A stretch of 64,000 nucleotides of DNA from Macrostomum hystrix (lineage: Eukaryota > Animalia > Platyhelminthes), in the NCBI GenBank assembly GCA_950097015.1, contig CATNEN010000034.1:5704001-5768000 (forward strand), written 5' to 3'. Each line of letters opens with the position of its first letter. The stretch's first letter is position 1. A program made the position numbers and the translations under genes. Below are positions 47,627 to 61,282 of the stretch, piece after piece. The notes under the pieces were generated by a model. That model had not been told where the DNA came from and made no database searches. It saw only the letters and a list, made by a program, of their open reading frames with translations.

Positions 47627-50600
47627 AAGTGACCAATGTTTTGTAGGGTCTACCTTGGTATGATCAAGTGACCAAGTGCAAAAAGAAATAGGTAAAATGT
47701 CATTTCACTAAAGATTGTAGGCCCTATGACAAATTGAACTAGGCCTATGGCAATGGACTGCAACAGACCACAATGAGACTGAAATATAAATGTTGTTGTA
47801 GATAATTCTTGATGATATTCTGCTATCTTAATAACAAAAAATGGCAAACAACATGTTACATAATCATTTACTTGGTGAAAGATGTGCAAGTTTATATTTT
47901 ATGTGAATTTTGTTTTCAAAACAAGAGTAGAGAAAAAAGAAACAAAAAACCTTGACACTGAGATAATCAAATTACTGGTTTCTAATAATTGCTAAAGGCT
48001 TTTGCCTTAAATTTGAAAGTAAGCTAAAAGAAATATAACTTTTAAAATGAAATAATGAAATATGACGAAATAATGAAATTTTGTCTTTTGTTTTGTCTGT
48101 ATTAATGAAATACAGACAAAACACTTTTTTCATTAAAACAATAGCTTGCTGCTATTTGTATTCAATAACTTTGCTTAACTGTATTAAGTTTTATATTTCA
48201 GTTGAATTATAATGAATATTAACTGGACATCTATAGTTCTTTAGGAATATTATAAATAACTACTGCTTAGGGTAATGTATCATCAACCAAACAAGAATAT
48301 GTATTTTTTTAACTTCAAACCTAAGCTACAGATTTTCTATTTAAGATATGATGATAAATTAAAAGCCAAGTTATAGAAAACAGTTACATCTTTCTAAAAA
48401 GTATCTGCTTTTGCTATTTTGTCAAATAGAAAAAAAGTTATTCCTGCTTTTTATCTAAAACCGAACAATGATTTTCATGTATCTTCAAACCAAACAGAGA
48501 ATTTGATGTTTGGTTGTACAATTTGAGTGAGTGGTTTAATCTTATTTTAAGGAGTGAACTGTCATGAATTATGTAATTTGAAAGCATTTTTCATGCTCTA
48601 TAAATAACTACATTTATGGTCATTTAATTGGCAAGCAACCACATACAATCTTTGTTTAAAGTATATACTGAAAAAATGTTGTTAAAAAGTATGCTTTTGC
48701 AATAAAAATTTCTACTGAAACATCAATATCTTTCTTTTCTCTTAATGCTTCATTGCACATCATGCCTCAGCTTGTAGATAATTTCTTCAACTTTTAAATT
48801 AGTTGTTCTGTGAAACACAATAGCTTGTTTCTATCTTGCACAAGACCAAGGAAGGAGTCAAAATTCTTGTTCGGTTTTGAAGATACACTGTTCGGTTGAT
48901 GATACATTACCCTACCTATACAAGGATAGTCCATTGCAGTCTGTTTTGGTCAATTTCTGTATTTATCTGGACCTTCCTAGGCTCTTAGTTTTTTAATGCT
49001 TGTGTTTTAACTTTTATAGGCCTAGGCATCTTTGATTGGGCACTAAAGAATTTTATTTAGCTAAGATAGTCTTATCTTATCTTATTTTACTAAGATAAAA
49101 GTATCTGCTAATACAAATTTTGTATACAAAAGTTGTTAGGCCTATTGAAAGTGTTGTCTACCTACTAAGGTGTCTATTAACTATTACCAAATTAGTTCTA
49201 ACATTTTACCAAAATGGAAATAAAATAATGAATAAAAGATTATGTAGCTAAAGTTTCAAAGGTTACAAGTACAACATTAGGCTTTACTAAGTACCACATT
49301 AGTTTAAAATTCATCAAACATAAGGCTTATAGGTCTATTTTAGATTGGCAACAAAGTATTGAATAAAATCTATGTAGGCCTACTTAATAGCTCTGCCTAT
49401 GGTTGATAACCAAGCAAAAAAAAGAAAACGGAAGTAGCTAGATTACATAGAAATGGCATGGCAAGGGCCATGTTTTGGCAAAGGACTTAGTTTTGGCATA
49501 AAAAAGTGGGGGCCATGGCTCCACTTGCCCCCCATTCCTATGCCTATGATAACATGCCTAAGCCTATGCCTAAGATAATGAAAAAATAAACTATATGCTT
49601 TTGGAATTTTTAAAATCCATTAAAAAATATAAAAAGTTATTGCAATTTTATATGTTTTCAAAGTCAAATCTATCTGGTCATCTGGATCACAGCCCCTTAT
49701 GGGAAAAATACATTTCGAACACAAAAAACTTAAATGTTGATCAAAAAATTGTTATAACTTTTTTACTACTTGACCAATTTTGATGATCGAGGTGTCTCTT
49801 AACTCAGACAAGCAAGAGCTGTAACATAAGAAAACAAAAAATATGCAATATTTTAAATTTCTCACTGAAGCCCCTACCTATGCTAGATGACAACATTGTA
49901 AGAAACCATACAATACAAACACAAACACTACCATTTATTGACAAACTACTTATCAACCTAGCAATTTTTACGAATAAACTGTTATTAAGGATACAATGAA
50001 TTATACGAAAAACAAAAGTTAACTTATAAACATAAAAGCTTGCTTATACTCGAAACTCGAAAGTAGGTCTATTTATATCGAGTTAGATCAGTTTGCATTT
50101 GAACAAGAATAACTAGGACATGGGACGCAATCGGCAAGACGGAAATTTTTTCAAAAAATAATTTATAAGGGGCTTAATGTTACTAACTTCTACGCGTTAA
50201 ACTAGATAGTCGTAGAAGTAGTACCTAGCAAGAATTATATCTGTAGATGTTTCTTGTACATTAAAAAAATTAAACAGAGTTTAGCTTTTTAAACACGCAG
50301 AATAAAGGAAATAAAAAGTGCTTCACACATATATATATATGGTTATATAGCGTATTTAGTCCGTTAAATAGCACAAATGCAATCTATACTACTTTATTTA
50401 AAGAGTTCTGGATGTATATTTGTTTTTCCTTACTTTATCTATGAAACCAAAATTAGACTTTTCAATATTATTCAGATTTTTTTCTATTTGACCGTGCAGA
50501 AGAACGTGACTCGAATATTTTTCTTGTTATCTTAATCTATCGTAATTTATATTAACTTATAAAAAACGTAAATGATTTTTGTGTTGCTATGAAATTTGCT

Positions 50601-51581
50601 GAAACGTGTGTTCAAACTAGCTAAAAATGTTTGCAGCTTTTACTATGTCAATCACATAATAGCATGTTAATACTTGTTAATACCAATTGTCATAATTGGT
50701 GGCTTATTTATTGGTCAAGTTAAGTATATTGTTATTAAAATATTGTTAATAGTAAAGCAATTTGACTGTAATACAAATCTTAGAGGTTTATTATAGGCCA
50801 AGGTTAAGTTACTGTCCATAAGTAGGCCTAGAATTATATTAATATATACATATTAGATTTTTCTTATTATTGCCCGTTGTTACTTTTGTAAGCCTACTTT
50901 TCTAAAAGTATTTCTAGCATCTAGTTCATTATTTTAAACAATCAACTAAAATCTGTAAGATTGTAATTTGATATTATATCATTTTTATGTTTTAAACATT
51001 AATATTTATGTATGTATATACCATTGAAATTTTTAAAAGCATTATATGTGAATTTGTTAATTGTTTTTTATTTTTAATTAGGCCTATTCAAACACTTTTT
51101 GCATTTAATTTGTTATGATAAAAAAACTTGTTTGTGATATTTGCTAAAATTAGTTTTTTCTTATGGAGTCTATAGTATAATGTTTCTTGGTTTATTTTCT
51201 CACCTAGAAATACAATAGCCCCTTGACATATCTAAGCCTATAAAAAATATATATATTAAATTGTAATCTAAAAAGTGTAGCTATATTTTTTAAAATAAAT
51301 ATGCTGTTTTTTATTGATTACAATTTATAGCTAGTCATATATTGTTATATTCTTCATACTTCTAAATATTTTAATATATTTTCATTTTTATATTTTAAAA
51401 AGGCATAAACTTACTTTTGTTTGAAATAAGTAAGAAGTAAGAAATTATTTTCTTATTTAAAAATGTTGAATGAATGAAGTGGATAACTGTCAACTGGTAA
51501 TAGGACCTGGTAAGAAACATTTTTAAATAACACTGAGCATTGCTCGGTTCAGTACAATGCAGTCCTGACTGTCTCAGATTC

Positions 51582-52492
51582 CTAAACTGGGTAATAATGA
51601 CAAATCCAGTACAGAATGCTGCCAAAAGCCTTGGCAGGCCCCGGGTGAAGGCACCGCCATAGATACTCTTGGATGTGTGATTCAAAGAGGGCATTGCTAG
51701 TGCCATAGTGCCATGCATGGCCCAAAATTTCACTTTGCAGTTGCCCCACGTCCCTTTCAATCGTGTTTGTGTGCAGTGTGGGGTCATTGGGGTCCACAAA
51801 GTGGAGCCTATGATTCACAACACCATGGTCACCATGACCACCAACAGCATTTGCCACTTGATTATATGCCTGCCAGCTGTCTGTCAGGATCCGCATGCTA
51901 GGGTAGGATGTACTGCTGGATGATGGGCAGCAGTTACAGCAGTGGACCTGTCCAGGTACAACCACCATGATGCACTTAAATGAGCCTCGTTCCACCATTC
52001 CGAGCACCCAGTGACCATCACGGTAGGCTCCCTGGTGATACTTGCGGTGGAAGAACCAACTTTTGTCAATCTCAACCATGTGACCAGGGCCACCCAGCTG
52101 CATCGGGTGATCCACAAAGTACTGGCAACTAGAGGTTGCGAACAAAATTGAGCCAGTCGACTGGCAGTGCGGCTACTGATGCAACACTTGTGCATGATGG
52201 TTGACATGGACTCGTTTTTGGCCCAGCATTGCAACAGGGTGATCAGCTGCTGTTGGTCCAGATGGCTGGCCTCAAAAAAGGAGCCCTTGTGTATGCTCTC
52301 CTGGTGTTGACAGGTTTTACAGTCCCAGGCATAGCCATCAATGAATCACTCTCCATTGCGGTGCTGCAGATTCATCAGTGTATGTGCGGCACATGGGCAT
52401 GTCTGTTGGTTGGCCAATAGTCCATGATGAGCAAGTCACCACATAGTCTTGTCAGTACTTGCCGTCACTGCCATCAGATCCCTTGAATTCAT
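51582..52492 (-). pseudogene. Decayed Merlin (IS1595/ISXO2-like) transposase
   Basis: HGLLANQQTCPC..DGYAWDCKTC..SIHKGSFFE, QLGGPGHMVEIDKS, WVLGMVER, ILTDSWQAY, VNHRLHFVDP..HTNTIE, SHIQEYLWR, with stops, frameshifts and DE changed to DK. TIRs not located. Confidence 0.85.
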
Positions 52493-53069
52493 ATTTAGTT
52501 CCTGTCAGTGCCTGTGCTGGCAGAACTTCATTCGGTAGCTACAATCCACGAGGGTCTTGGGGGCCATCCAGCCATTTGCAAATCAGAAGAGTCTCAAAAA
52601 TCCAAACTATAGTGAGGGCTCATTAAAAATCTGCCGAATTTTTGTGCCCAAAACAACTCTATGCAGCTACTATGGGCCATAGACAACTCCCATTCGTCAT
52701 TCCACATCATTGGCACCATTTTAAAAGAAGAAAATAATTTCGCGAACCGAAAGTAAATTTACTGCAAAAAAAATACATAAACCTGACGTTTTTTTAGCAG
52801 TTTTCTCTACCTAGTTTGATTAATAGTAATGAATTAATTAATATATTCATAAATATAATTTTTTCATGATGTAATCTTGGTAATATTCTAGATCAGTGAT
52901 TCTATATCAGTTCAACCCAATTTGCTATCTTGCAAATATTTATTCATTTAAGTAATGTTTGCATGCATGAATATTTCAAAATAAACCAAAATCAAAATAG
53001 CCAAAAAAATTGTTTTCAGAAGCCTGTCTAAAAAAAATTAATAGTTAGCTAATTTCTTTTTTACAGACA

Positions 53070-56000
53070 ATGACAATGAAAAAGGCAAAGCCTATTGAAT
53101 TCTGCAGGGTATGCAATGATGTGTAAGTTAGTCTCTAAAAATGTTTATTTTATTACACATTCTTTTGCATGTTCATCTAGCATGTTTTTTGCACATAGCA
53201 TAATTACTCCAATCTCACTACTGGTCTAATAAACTGTTAAAGTATATTTCATGAGATGATATTTCATGATTTTATGACATTACCTTAAAGGTAGATAAAA
53301 ATCTTTAACCCATATTTAGCTCAAGTGGAATACACTATGGCATTGAGGCCTGTGAAGGGTGCAAAGGATTCTTTAAGCGCAGCATTCAAACTCCGCGCAA
53401 TTACAAGTGTGCCAGAGACAACATGTGCGAAATTAACAAGACCAGCCGCAATGTCTGCCAGTGCTGCCGGCTAGCCAAGTGTCTGAATGTTGGCATGGAC
53501 AAAGACTGTAAGTATGCTTCTCATTAATTAGCTTGTAGAAATGAATGGCTTCATCTATATATTTTCAGATACAGTAAGGCGATCAGGAAAACCTCCGTCT
53601 AACATTCCTATGTCTTTAGCACCTATTTAAAGACTCGTTTGACACTTTCAATAGGCTTAGCTGCACCCCTACAACGTGACTTCCATAAGCTTTAGGCTTC
53701 TTTTTTATTTTGCTTCTTTACTATCTTTAATTAATTAGTCTGGACCGCTTCTATAGTTATTTCTTGAGTCAGTCAAACTGGTTTAAAGCTACTTTTGGCG
53801 CCCCTCATTTGAAAAAATAAATTTCGTAATCTCTAGATGGTTTCTCAAATTGCCCCAACTTTAGTTTCAAAATAACATAGACAAAAATCTATGCCGTTCG
53901 GGAAGACGTGTATGTCGTATTCTCCTCTTATTTGGACTCAAACGAATGGATGTCTTAAGCCATGCTTTCAGACTAGACTCTGTTCGCACAATTGATTAGC
54001 ATTCTGGAAATTTCTCGAGCGTTCAAAGCTCATCAGCTCTCGCAGTCTTGAGACTGAGATTTTCGAGTTTTTAATCATTGATAAGCAGCGGAAATTACAG
54101 TCTTACAATGATGCCAGTCTCTGTTTGATGCAGTCGTCGCATGTGCCGATTTCCTGATTCCCTTTTGTGAATTCCTCATATTGACCTCTTTAACGAGTCC
54201 TCGCAGACAGGGTGGGGCTATTGTATTGAATTTCCCTAGTGAAAAGCCGATCCCATCCTGTCTCTACGCGGCTTTGAGTCGCGTGATTCGTGAATTTGCT
54301 TTGAAATTTTATGTGATTGAAATTTGATTTTCTAAGAATTTGTTTGGCTTCTGAAATCTCGTCTTTTTCTGTTGCGTTGGCTTGCGTGTCTACAGTCAGG
54401 GCTACAGTTCTGTATTGGGTTTGTGTGCATTTTATGGACAGAAATTTATATGCGAATCTGTATATTGCATTTCTGTTCCGCTGACGTTCATTGCCACTGT
54501 TTATTTCCATTAAAATTAACTTATTAAAGGTCGCTTCAAATCCCGCAGATGATCAGGATTAGGGATTACATAAAGCAGAAGTAGCCAAGAAATTGCAGCA
54601 CAAGAGAAACAGTCACAGAAGGGCTAGCAGCACAAGAGAAACAGTCACAGAAGGGCTAGCAGCACAAGAGAAACAGTCACAGAAGGGCTAGCAGCACTAG
54701 AGAAACAGTCACAGAAGGGCTAGCAGCACAAGAGAAACAGTCACAGAAGGGCTAGCAGCACAAGAGAAACAGTCACAGAAGGGCTAGCAGCACAAGAGAA
54801 ACAGTCACAGAAGGGCTAGCAGCACAAGAGAAACAGTCACAGAAGAAGGGCTAGCAGCACAAGAGAAACAGTCACAGAAGGGCTAGCAGCACTAGAGAAA
54901 CAGTCACAGAAGGGCTAGCAGCACAAGAGAAACAGTCACAGAAGAAGGGCTAGCAGCACTAGAGAAACAGTCACAGAAGGGCTAGCAGCACTAGAGAAAC
55001 AGTCACAGAAGGGCTAGCAGCACAAGAGAAACAGTCACAGAAGGGCTAGCAGCACAAGAGAAACAGTCACAGAAGGGCTAGCAGCACAAGAGAAACAGTC
55101 ACAGAAGAAGGGCTAGCAGCACAAGAGAAACAGTCACAGAAGAAGGGCTAGCAGCACAAGAGAAACAGTCACAGAAGGGCTAGCAGCACAAGAGAAACAG
55201 TCACAGAAGGGCTAGCAGCACAAGAGAAACAGTCACAGAAGAAGGGCTAGCAGCACAAGAGAAACAGTCACAGAAGAAGGGCTAGCAGCACAAGAGAAAC
55301 AGTCACAGAAGGGCTAGCAGCACAAGAATTGTCGATTCTGAAACTTTCCAACTCGCATTCTCCATTGCGCTCCCAGTGGTTCGGCCGGACCGTACGCCTG
55401 GCAACAGGCGAAAGCGGCCAAAGACGCCCGTTGGCAGCTCGCCGATGCTGCCTCCGTATCGGCATCGATCGGCCGTTCTGCCGCCGCCGCCTCCCCTGCA
55501 ACCGTCGCTGCATGTCGCCGGCAAGATGCGTTTACCCCGACTGGCGCCTAATCATCATCCGCCTCAGCAGAGTCTTCATCGTCACCTCGGTCATCAACAG
55601 CACCGACTTGGCCGACCCAGTGGCATGGGCGGTGCTCGCCCGCCTCAGCCCGACCTGGACATCAGCCAGCTGCCATCCTTCTCAGTCAGCGTGGCTGGAT
55701 TTAGCTCCCTGCTGCCGGCTCCTACGAGTGCTAAGCAGTCGAGGATTAAAATACAGCCGCCGGTTGGGGCTGGACCTCGTTCGTGTAGCGATGTGAGTCT
55801 TCTGTCATGCCTGTCTAACTTGTCTATATGTCTGTTTGTCAAGTTTGTCTGTTAAGTCTGTCTGTCTGACTGTCTGTCAAGTCTGTCTGTCACGTTTGTC
55901 TGTCTATCCTGTCTGTCTGTCTGTCAAGTCGGTCTGCCATGTCTATATGTCTGTCTGTCATGTTTGTCTGTCTATCATGTCTGTCTGTGGATCATGTCTG

Positions 56001-59000
56001 TCAGTCATGTCTATATGTCTGTCTGTCTGTCATGTCTATATGTCTGTCTGTCATGTTTGTCTGTCAAGTCTGTCTGTCTGACTGTCTGTCTGTCTGTCAT
56101 GTCTGTCTGCTTGTCATGTCTGTCTGTCATGTCTGTCTGTCATGTCTGTCTGTCATGTCTGTCTGTCATGTCTGTCTGTCATGTCTGTCTGTCATGTCTG
56201 TCGACCCTATTATCGAGTTTCTTCCATCCCAATGGCTTTGTGTGTGACTTGTCTATAATTCAGATTCTACTCTACGCTCATCATAATTTTGAGGCTGCTT
56301 TAAGAAAGTACGAGAAGAAGAAGAACTCGTAGAATCAAAATCTATTTTAGCCTCGTCTTTTACCCAGTAATTTAAAATGCTCGTTCCGTAACCATCTGCC
56401 CTGCTGTAGCTCGTAGAGGCCGTTGTCTGCTTTGATCTCTGCAGTAGAGAGAGTGTGTGTGAGAATTGAAATGAAAATTTCAATTGTCATTTTCAACTCG
56501 TGACTAAATGAATACTAACTCACCTACACAAAAGCCAACCCCGGCCAATTAAAGGAGCAGGAGCAGCAGAATCTGTCCTGCTACAGCAGCTGCGACCTTG
56601 ACGAGCTCTATCCGCCCATTGAGCCGGGCGTCACCGACGCTCGCATCGGCTCTCCATTCAATGGCTCCGGTCGCAGTGCCTATCTGCGGTTGCTAACTAA
56701 TAGTGAAACCAGCCGCTTTATCAGCGACCTGCTGGCACTGGATCCCAATAAGATACCGAAGATCGCTGAGCAGGGTGAGTTACTGCTGGAATGAGCTACT
56801 CCCATATTCACAGTTTCTGAGTCTCTATATTCACAATTTGTTCCCCTATAACAGTGTCGACAATTTGTATTTAGTCTAGCAGGTGAAACTTTCTATAGAA
56901 TCAATTGGAATACGTGGCACTAAAAAAACTACAGAGAAATCGGGAATGGAAACGAAAAACGTGTTTTTTTCAATCGATCGCGCTTGACTGCGGTTCTAAA
57001 TATTTTTTTGTCCTTAAAAAGATCCATTGTCAACTGTGTGACAATAGTGGCTCTCCATTGCGGGTGGCTTAGAAAATTTCGATCGGCCAGCCTACGATTT
57101 CACAAAACCTAGAAATATTTTTTTTAGTTGGTTACTTGGTCATAGAGCTAAAATTAAACTAATATTAAAATATTAAATATTAAACCAAACCTTTTAAATG
57201 CAACTAACTCGTAGTTAACATGACGATTAGAACGCCAAAATGAATGTTACATTTTTCTTCTTCATTTATTGAAGTCTAAAAACGAATGTGATATCCTGTG
57301 TTGCGCTGATCAACGCAATGTTCAATCCAATTTCAGTTTCTACCATAGACTAAAACGTCTAGCCGAACTCTAATATCCGTGTAGAGCAGCGCGATAGTCA
57401 ATCCAATCTCGGTTTTTACCATAGACTTAAGTGTCTAGCTGGACTCTTATATCCGTGTAGAGCAGCGCGATAGTCAATCCAATCTCGGTTTTTACCATAG
57501 ACTTAAGCGTCTAGCTGGACTCTTATATCCGTGTAGAGCAGCGCGATAGTCAATCCAATTTCAGTTTCTACCATAGACTATAGCGTCTAGTCGGACTCAT
57601 ATCCGTGTAGAGCAGCGCGATAACCGATCCAACTCCAGTTTCTACCCTAGACAAAATGAAGTGTTATTAAATTGAATTGATTATAATTAGCTTTTCAGAA
57701 ATTGCTTCGAGTTAATATCAAATTCATAAAAAAGAACTAATCAAGGTTATTCTTCCCCGTAAAAAATAGTTGCTATACCCGCATCGAATGTCTAATTTAA
57801 AAAATGCTTAGCTTTGCCTGACAAGCTTGAAGATGAAATGTAAGATAAAAAATTTAAAAGGGAAAATTTAATTTGCTAGATACGACACGAGTGAAGGATC
57901 CGGAGGCCAGGTGGGGGCGTCTTTCTCAGATCTCCAATCTAATTGGAAAAAATGGCTTTTCGTTGATACTACCCCCATCACCCGGCGTCCCCACCCTTTC
58001 CGGGATGAGCTTGTTGGATTAGTAAAGCAAGGATGGGAGAATTGAAAAATGTATCAAGGACCTTGGATGAGAGATGTGTGTGTATTGCCTCTTTTTAAGC
58101 GGCCCTCTTATTTCCTGCGTAGCGCCGAGAGAGATAGTTAATATATATTTTTAATGTCAAAAACTGTGAAACCGATTGCCTTATTACTTCTGGCCTTATA
58201 GTAGAAAGTGTGCAGTATAACTTTTATTTAATTTATTACACGAGTCCCAAATAGGGTCAGATGTGCTGTGGAGTCGACTGTTAATTCCATAGACTAAGAG
58301 GACGTCACCCACCACCCCAGCTAATGCTGGTACCCGTTTAGCAGAGTTATGTCTGTCGCTAAAGGACACAAATTGTTCCAGTGGAGTCGATAATCGAACC
58401 CCCGACCTTTAAGTCGTGAGTTCGACGCTGGCTACCTACAACCCCTTTACAGTATATTCTATTATTATAATAATCCAATGAGACTGATATTTCATACTTT
58501 AGTAGCTCGTAGTAGCTATAAAAAACTGTTCGAATAGAACTAAATAGAACCAGCTGTTCTTCAATAGACAGCTAGCAGCGGAGCATTATTCCCTTGGTTG
58601 ACTGTTAACTATCAAACACGCGCTCTGACAATCTCCGAGCAGTTCAGGGCTGTCTCTGCCTCACTCTCCTCTTTCTGTCCTTTTGCACTTTAACTTCAAC
58701 CCTGCCTCAGTCGCGCGCTCCCCTCCCAATCCCCCTTCTTCTCATCGGCAAAACAAGACGCCTAGTGATGGGTGCTAGATTAGCGAAAGCCGATTTCACA
58801 TTTTAGGCTGCCTTCGTGTCCTTTGTGTCCCCTGGGGACGCACTCTAAGGACGTTTTGCTCTTCTTAAAAGATTTGAACAGATCTCTAAGAGCTCAACAG
58901 GCAGGGGCCGGTTTGTTATGAGTGAGCGGACGCTAAACTAATTGTGCCAGTTCCGGCTATAGAATCCTCAGATGGATTACCTGTTGCTTCTGAGTATCTT

Positions 59001-61282
59001 CAAGTCTCTGACAGCGTTCTGAATGCGTCTTGCCTTTATTTACTTGTGCTGCATGGCGCTGAGCTACATTCTCGGCTTGTTTCCCTAGTAGCCTAGATAC
59101 CCGCTCTCATCAGGCCTTCCCTGCCCGTCGCGCCTTAACTCCCAACTCCCAGGCCTTACAAAGTTTTTTTCTGCTAGTTGCATTTCAACTTGTACAGCTT
59201 GTGTCTGCAGTCGGTTTGTTCTCTAGCCAAGCAAAAATTTCACAGGCCGCTTAATTGCTAGTACGCAGAAAACGTTTTTTAAAGCTCAACTGACATAGAC
59301 AGCTACTGTGTAAAATGTTTGATACCAAAAGGATCTAAAAAGACTAGAAAGCTTGATGCAGAAAAAGGCAAGGGGCATTGCGTCGCCTGGCAACCGTTGC
59401 TTTGGGGAGAAGCAATTTTTTAAGCCTAATCCCACTGTCCCTATATTCCTCTGTAACTCTCGGAGGTGAAAAAATGCTCACAAATTTCTACTCGTACCTT
59501 ATAGCAAGCTATTCTATTTTTAGAGTATGAAAACAAAAATGTGGAAGTTGGTTAGCAGAAGACTGGCGCATTGCTTTGTAGCAGCTAAAGTTTAATTGTT
59601 TTCCTCCTGCATAGCCAAACTACTACTGCATTGAGTACTCAACTCAAAACGAAGCAATTTGTCAATCATTGCAGGCTACTTCTGCTGCACTAGGCTTAAA
59701 TGCGGCCAGGCGTTCATGAACACAGCCTACCTGGAGGTTGAGAATATTGTCCGGTTCTGCAAGGATGTGCCCAACTTCTCCGAGTTGCAAATGGATGATA
59801 GGAAGCTGCTGATTCAGGGTGCCTTCTTGGATATTCAGATGATTCGACTGGCATTCAGGTAAGGCCTATAGATGAAATTTGTCTCATGTCGAATACAGAT
59901 TTTTATTTAATTTCGAAATCCCAGCTGTAATCCCGAATCCCCAAGTTCTGAATTCCAGCTGTAATCCCAAATCCCCAAGTTCTGAATTCCTGCTGTAATC
60001 CCAAATCCCCAAGTTCTGAATTCCTGCTTTAATCCCAAATCCCCAAGTTCTGAATTCCAGCTGTAATCCCAAATCCCCAAGTTCTGAATTCCTGCTTTAA
60101 TCCCAAATCCCCAAGTTCTGAATTCCAGCTGTAATCCCAAATCCCCAAGTTCTGAATTCCTGCTGTAATCCCAAATCCCCAAGTTCTGAATTCCAGCTGT
60201 AATCCCAAATCCCCAAGTTCTGAATTCCTGCTTTAATCCCAAATCCCCAAGTTCTGAATTCCTGCTTTAATCCCAAATCCCCAAGTTCTGAATTCCAGCT
60301 TTAATCCCAAATCCCCAAGTTCTGAATTCCTGCTTTAATCCCAAATCCCCAAGTTCTGAATTCCAGCTTTAATCCCAAATCCCCAAGTTCTGAATTCCAG
60401 CTGTAATCCCAAATCCCCAAGTTCTGAATTCCTGCTTTAATCCCAAATCCCCAAGTTCTGAATTCCAGCTGTAATCCCAAATCCCCAAGTTCTGAATTCC
60501 AGCTGTAATCCCAAATCCCCAAGTTCTGAATTCCTGCTTTAATCCCAAATCCCCAAGTTCTGAATTCCTGCTTTAATCCCAAATCCCCAAGTTCTGAATT
60601 CCAGCTTTAATCCCAAATCCCCAAGTTCTGAATTCCAGCTTTAATCCCAAATCCCCAAGTTCTAAATTCCAGCTGTATCCTAAAATCCCCAAGTTGTTAG
60701 TTTCAGCTTTAATCCCAGATCCCCAAATTCCTGATTCCTGATTTCATCTAAGATCTTTCTGAAATTCTGAGTTCTGGCTTTTTATCCCTAATCCCTAAGT
60801 GCTGAGTTCTGTTTGTAATCCATAATCCTCAACTGCTGAAGTTCGGGTGAAGAAGTGAAGAATTAAATGCGGGTCGGGTTGAATGCTTTTGTGTTTAACA
60901 CTGGAAGCCGTATTAGCTAGTGTCTTGGACTTTAATGACCAAAATAGAAAGCAGTCTAGAGGCCATTATAGAGAACGAAATGACCATAGTCTTCAGTCCC
61001 ATTGCTATGTGAAGTATAGTGCCTTTCTGCGGCAAGCGCTTTGATATAACCCTTTCCCCGGCCCTTTAAACCCGAATCTTTGCAGAACAATGGAACTAGC
61101 CCAGCCCAAGCGTGTTATGTTTAGCCAAGGCATGGAGTTTGATATTCACCAGACTCGCTATTACACTGGCTATCCTGATAGCTTATTTCTTCTAGTCCAA
61201 GAGATTGTACACTGCATGCAGTACTTCAATGTGGACGTTGTTGATTGCGCCCTGCTGCAACTGCTAACTCTCTACAGCGACA
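53070..61282 (+). CDS. Nuclear hormone receptor (DBD, hinge and most of the LBD), 3' end not found
   Basis: Exons 53070-53122, 53320-53507, 55377-55792, about 56555-56774 (acceptor uncertain), 59675-59858, 61086-61282. Zinc fingers [33 protein letters not shown]; LBD signature [23 protein letters not shown]. Confidence 0.88.
54597..55326. repeat. 32-bp minisatellite GCACAAGAGAAACAGTCACAGAAGGGCTAGCA (35-bp variant with extra GAA)
   Basis: About 22 copies, intronic, ending about 50 nt before the acceptor at 55376. Confidence 0.97.
55800..56200. repeat. Degenerate (CTGT)n / GTCTGTCTGTCAT microsatellite
   Basis: Begins directly after the donor at 55793; explains the Cys/Val/Ser-rich ORFs. Confidence 0.9.
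57323..57650. repeat. 76-bp tandem repeat, about 4.3 copies
   Basis: caatccaat recurs at 57323, 57399, 57475 and 57551. Confidence 0.88.
58250..58440 (-). mobile_element. tRNA-derived SINE-like element in a nuclear receptor intron
   Basis: Minus strand reads ...gcgtcgaactcacgacttaaaggtcgggggttcgatt (B-box GGTTCGA) then tgtgtcctt and a gggtaccagc body, as in common metazoan SINEs. Confidence 0.5.
59918..60690. repeat. 34-bp minisatellite TGTAATCCCAAATCCCCAAGTTCTGAATTCCAGC, intronic
   Basis: About 23 copies; 34-aa period in overlapping ORFs. Confidence 0.97.

Noticed and set aside
48270-48920. Inverted ggtaatgtatcatcaacc repeats suggesting an old foldback element
   Set aside because: Short, degenerate and without definable ends or TSD.
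54190-54510. Penelope-like retroelement remnant ([17 protein letters not shown])
   Set aside because: Only vague resemblance to the PLE RT C-terminal region; no RT or GIY-YIG motifs nearby.
57323-57650. CRISPR array or tandem tRNAs (76-bp period)
   Set aside because: No unique spacers, no cas genes, and no cloverleaf or A/B boxes; none of the arrays in the window has spacers.
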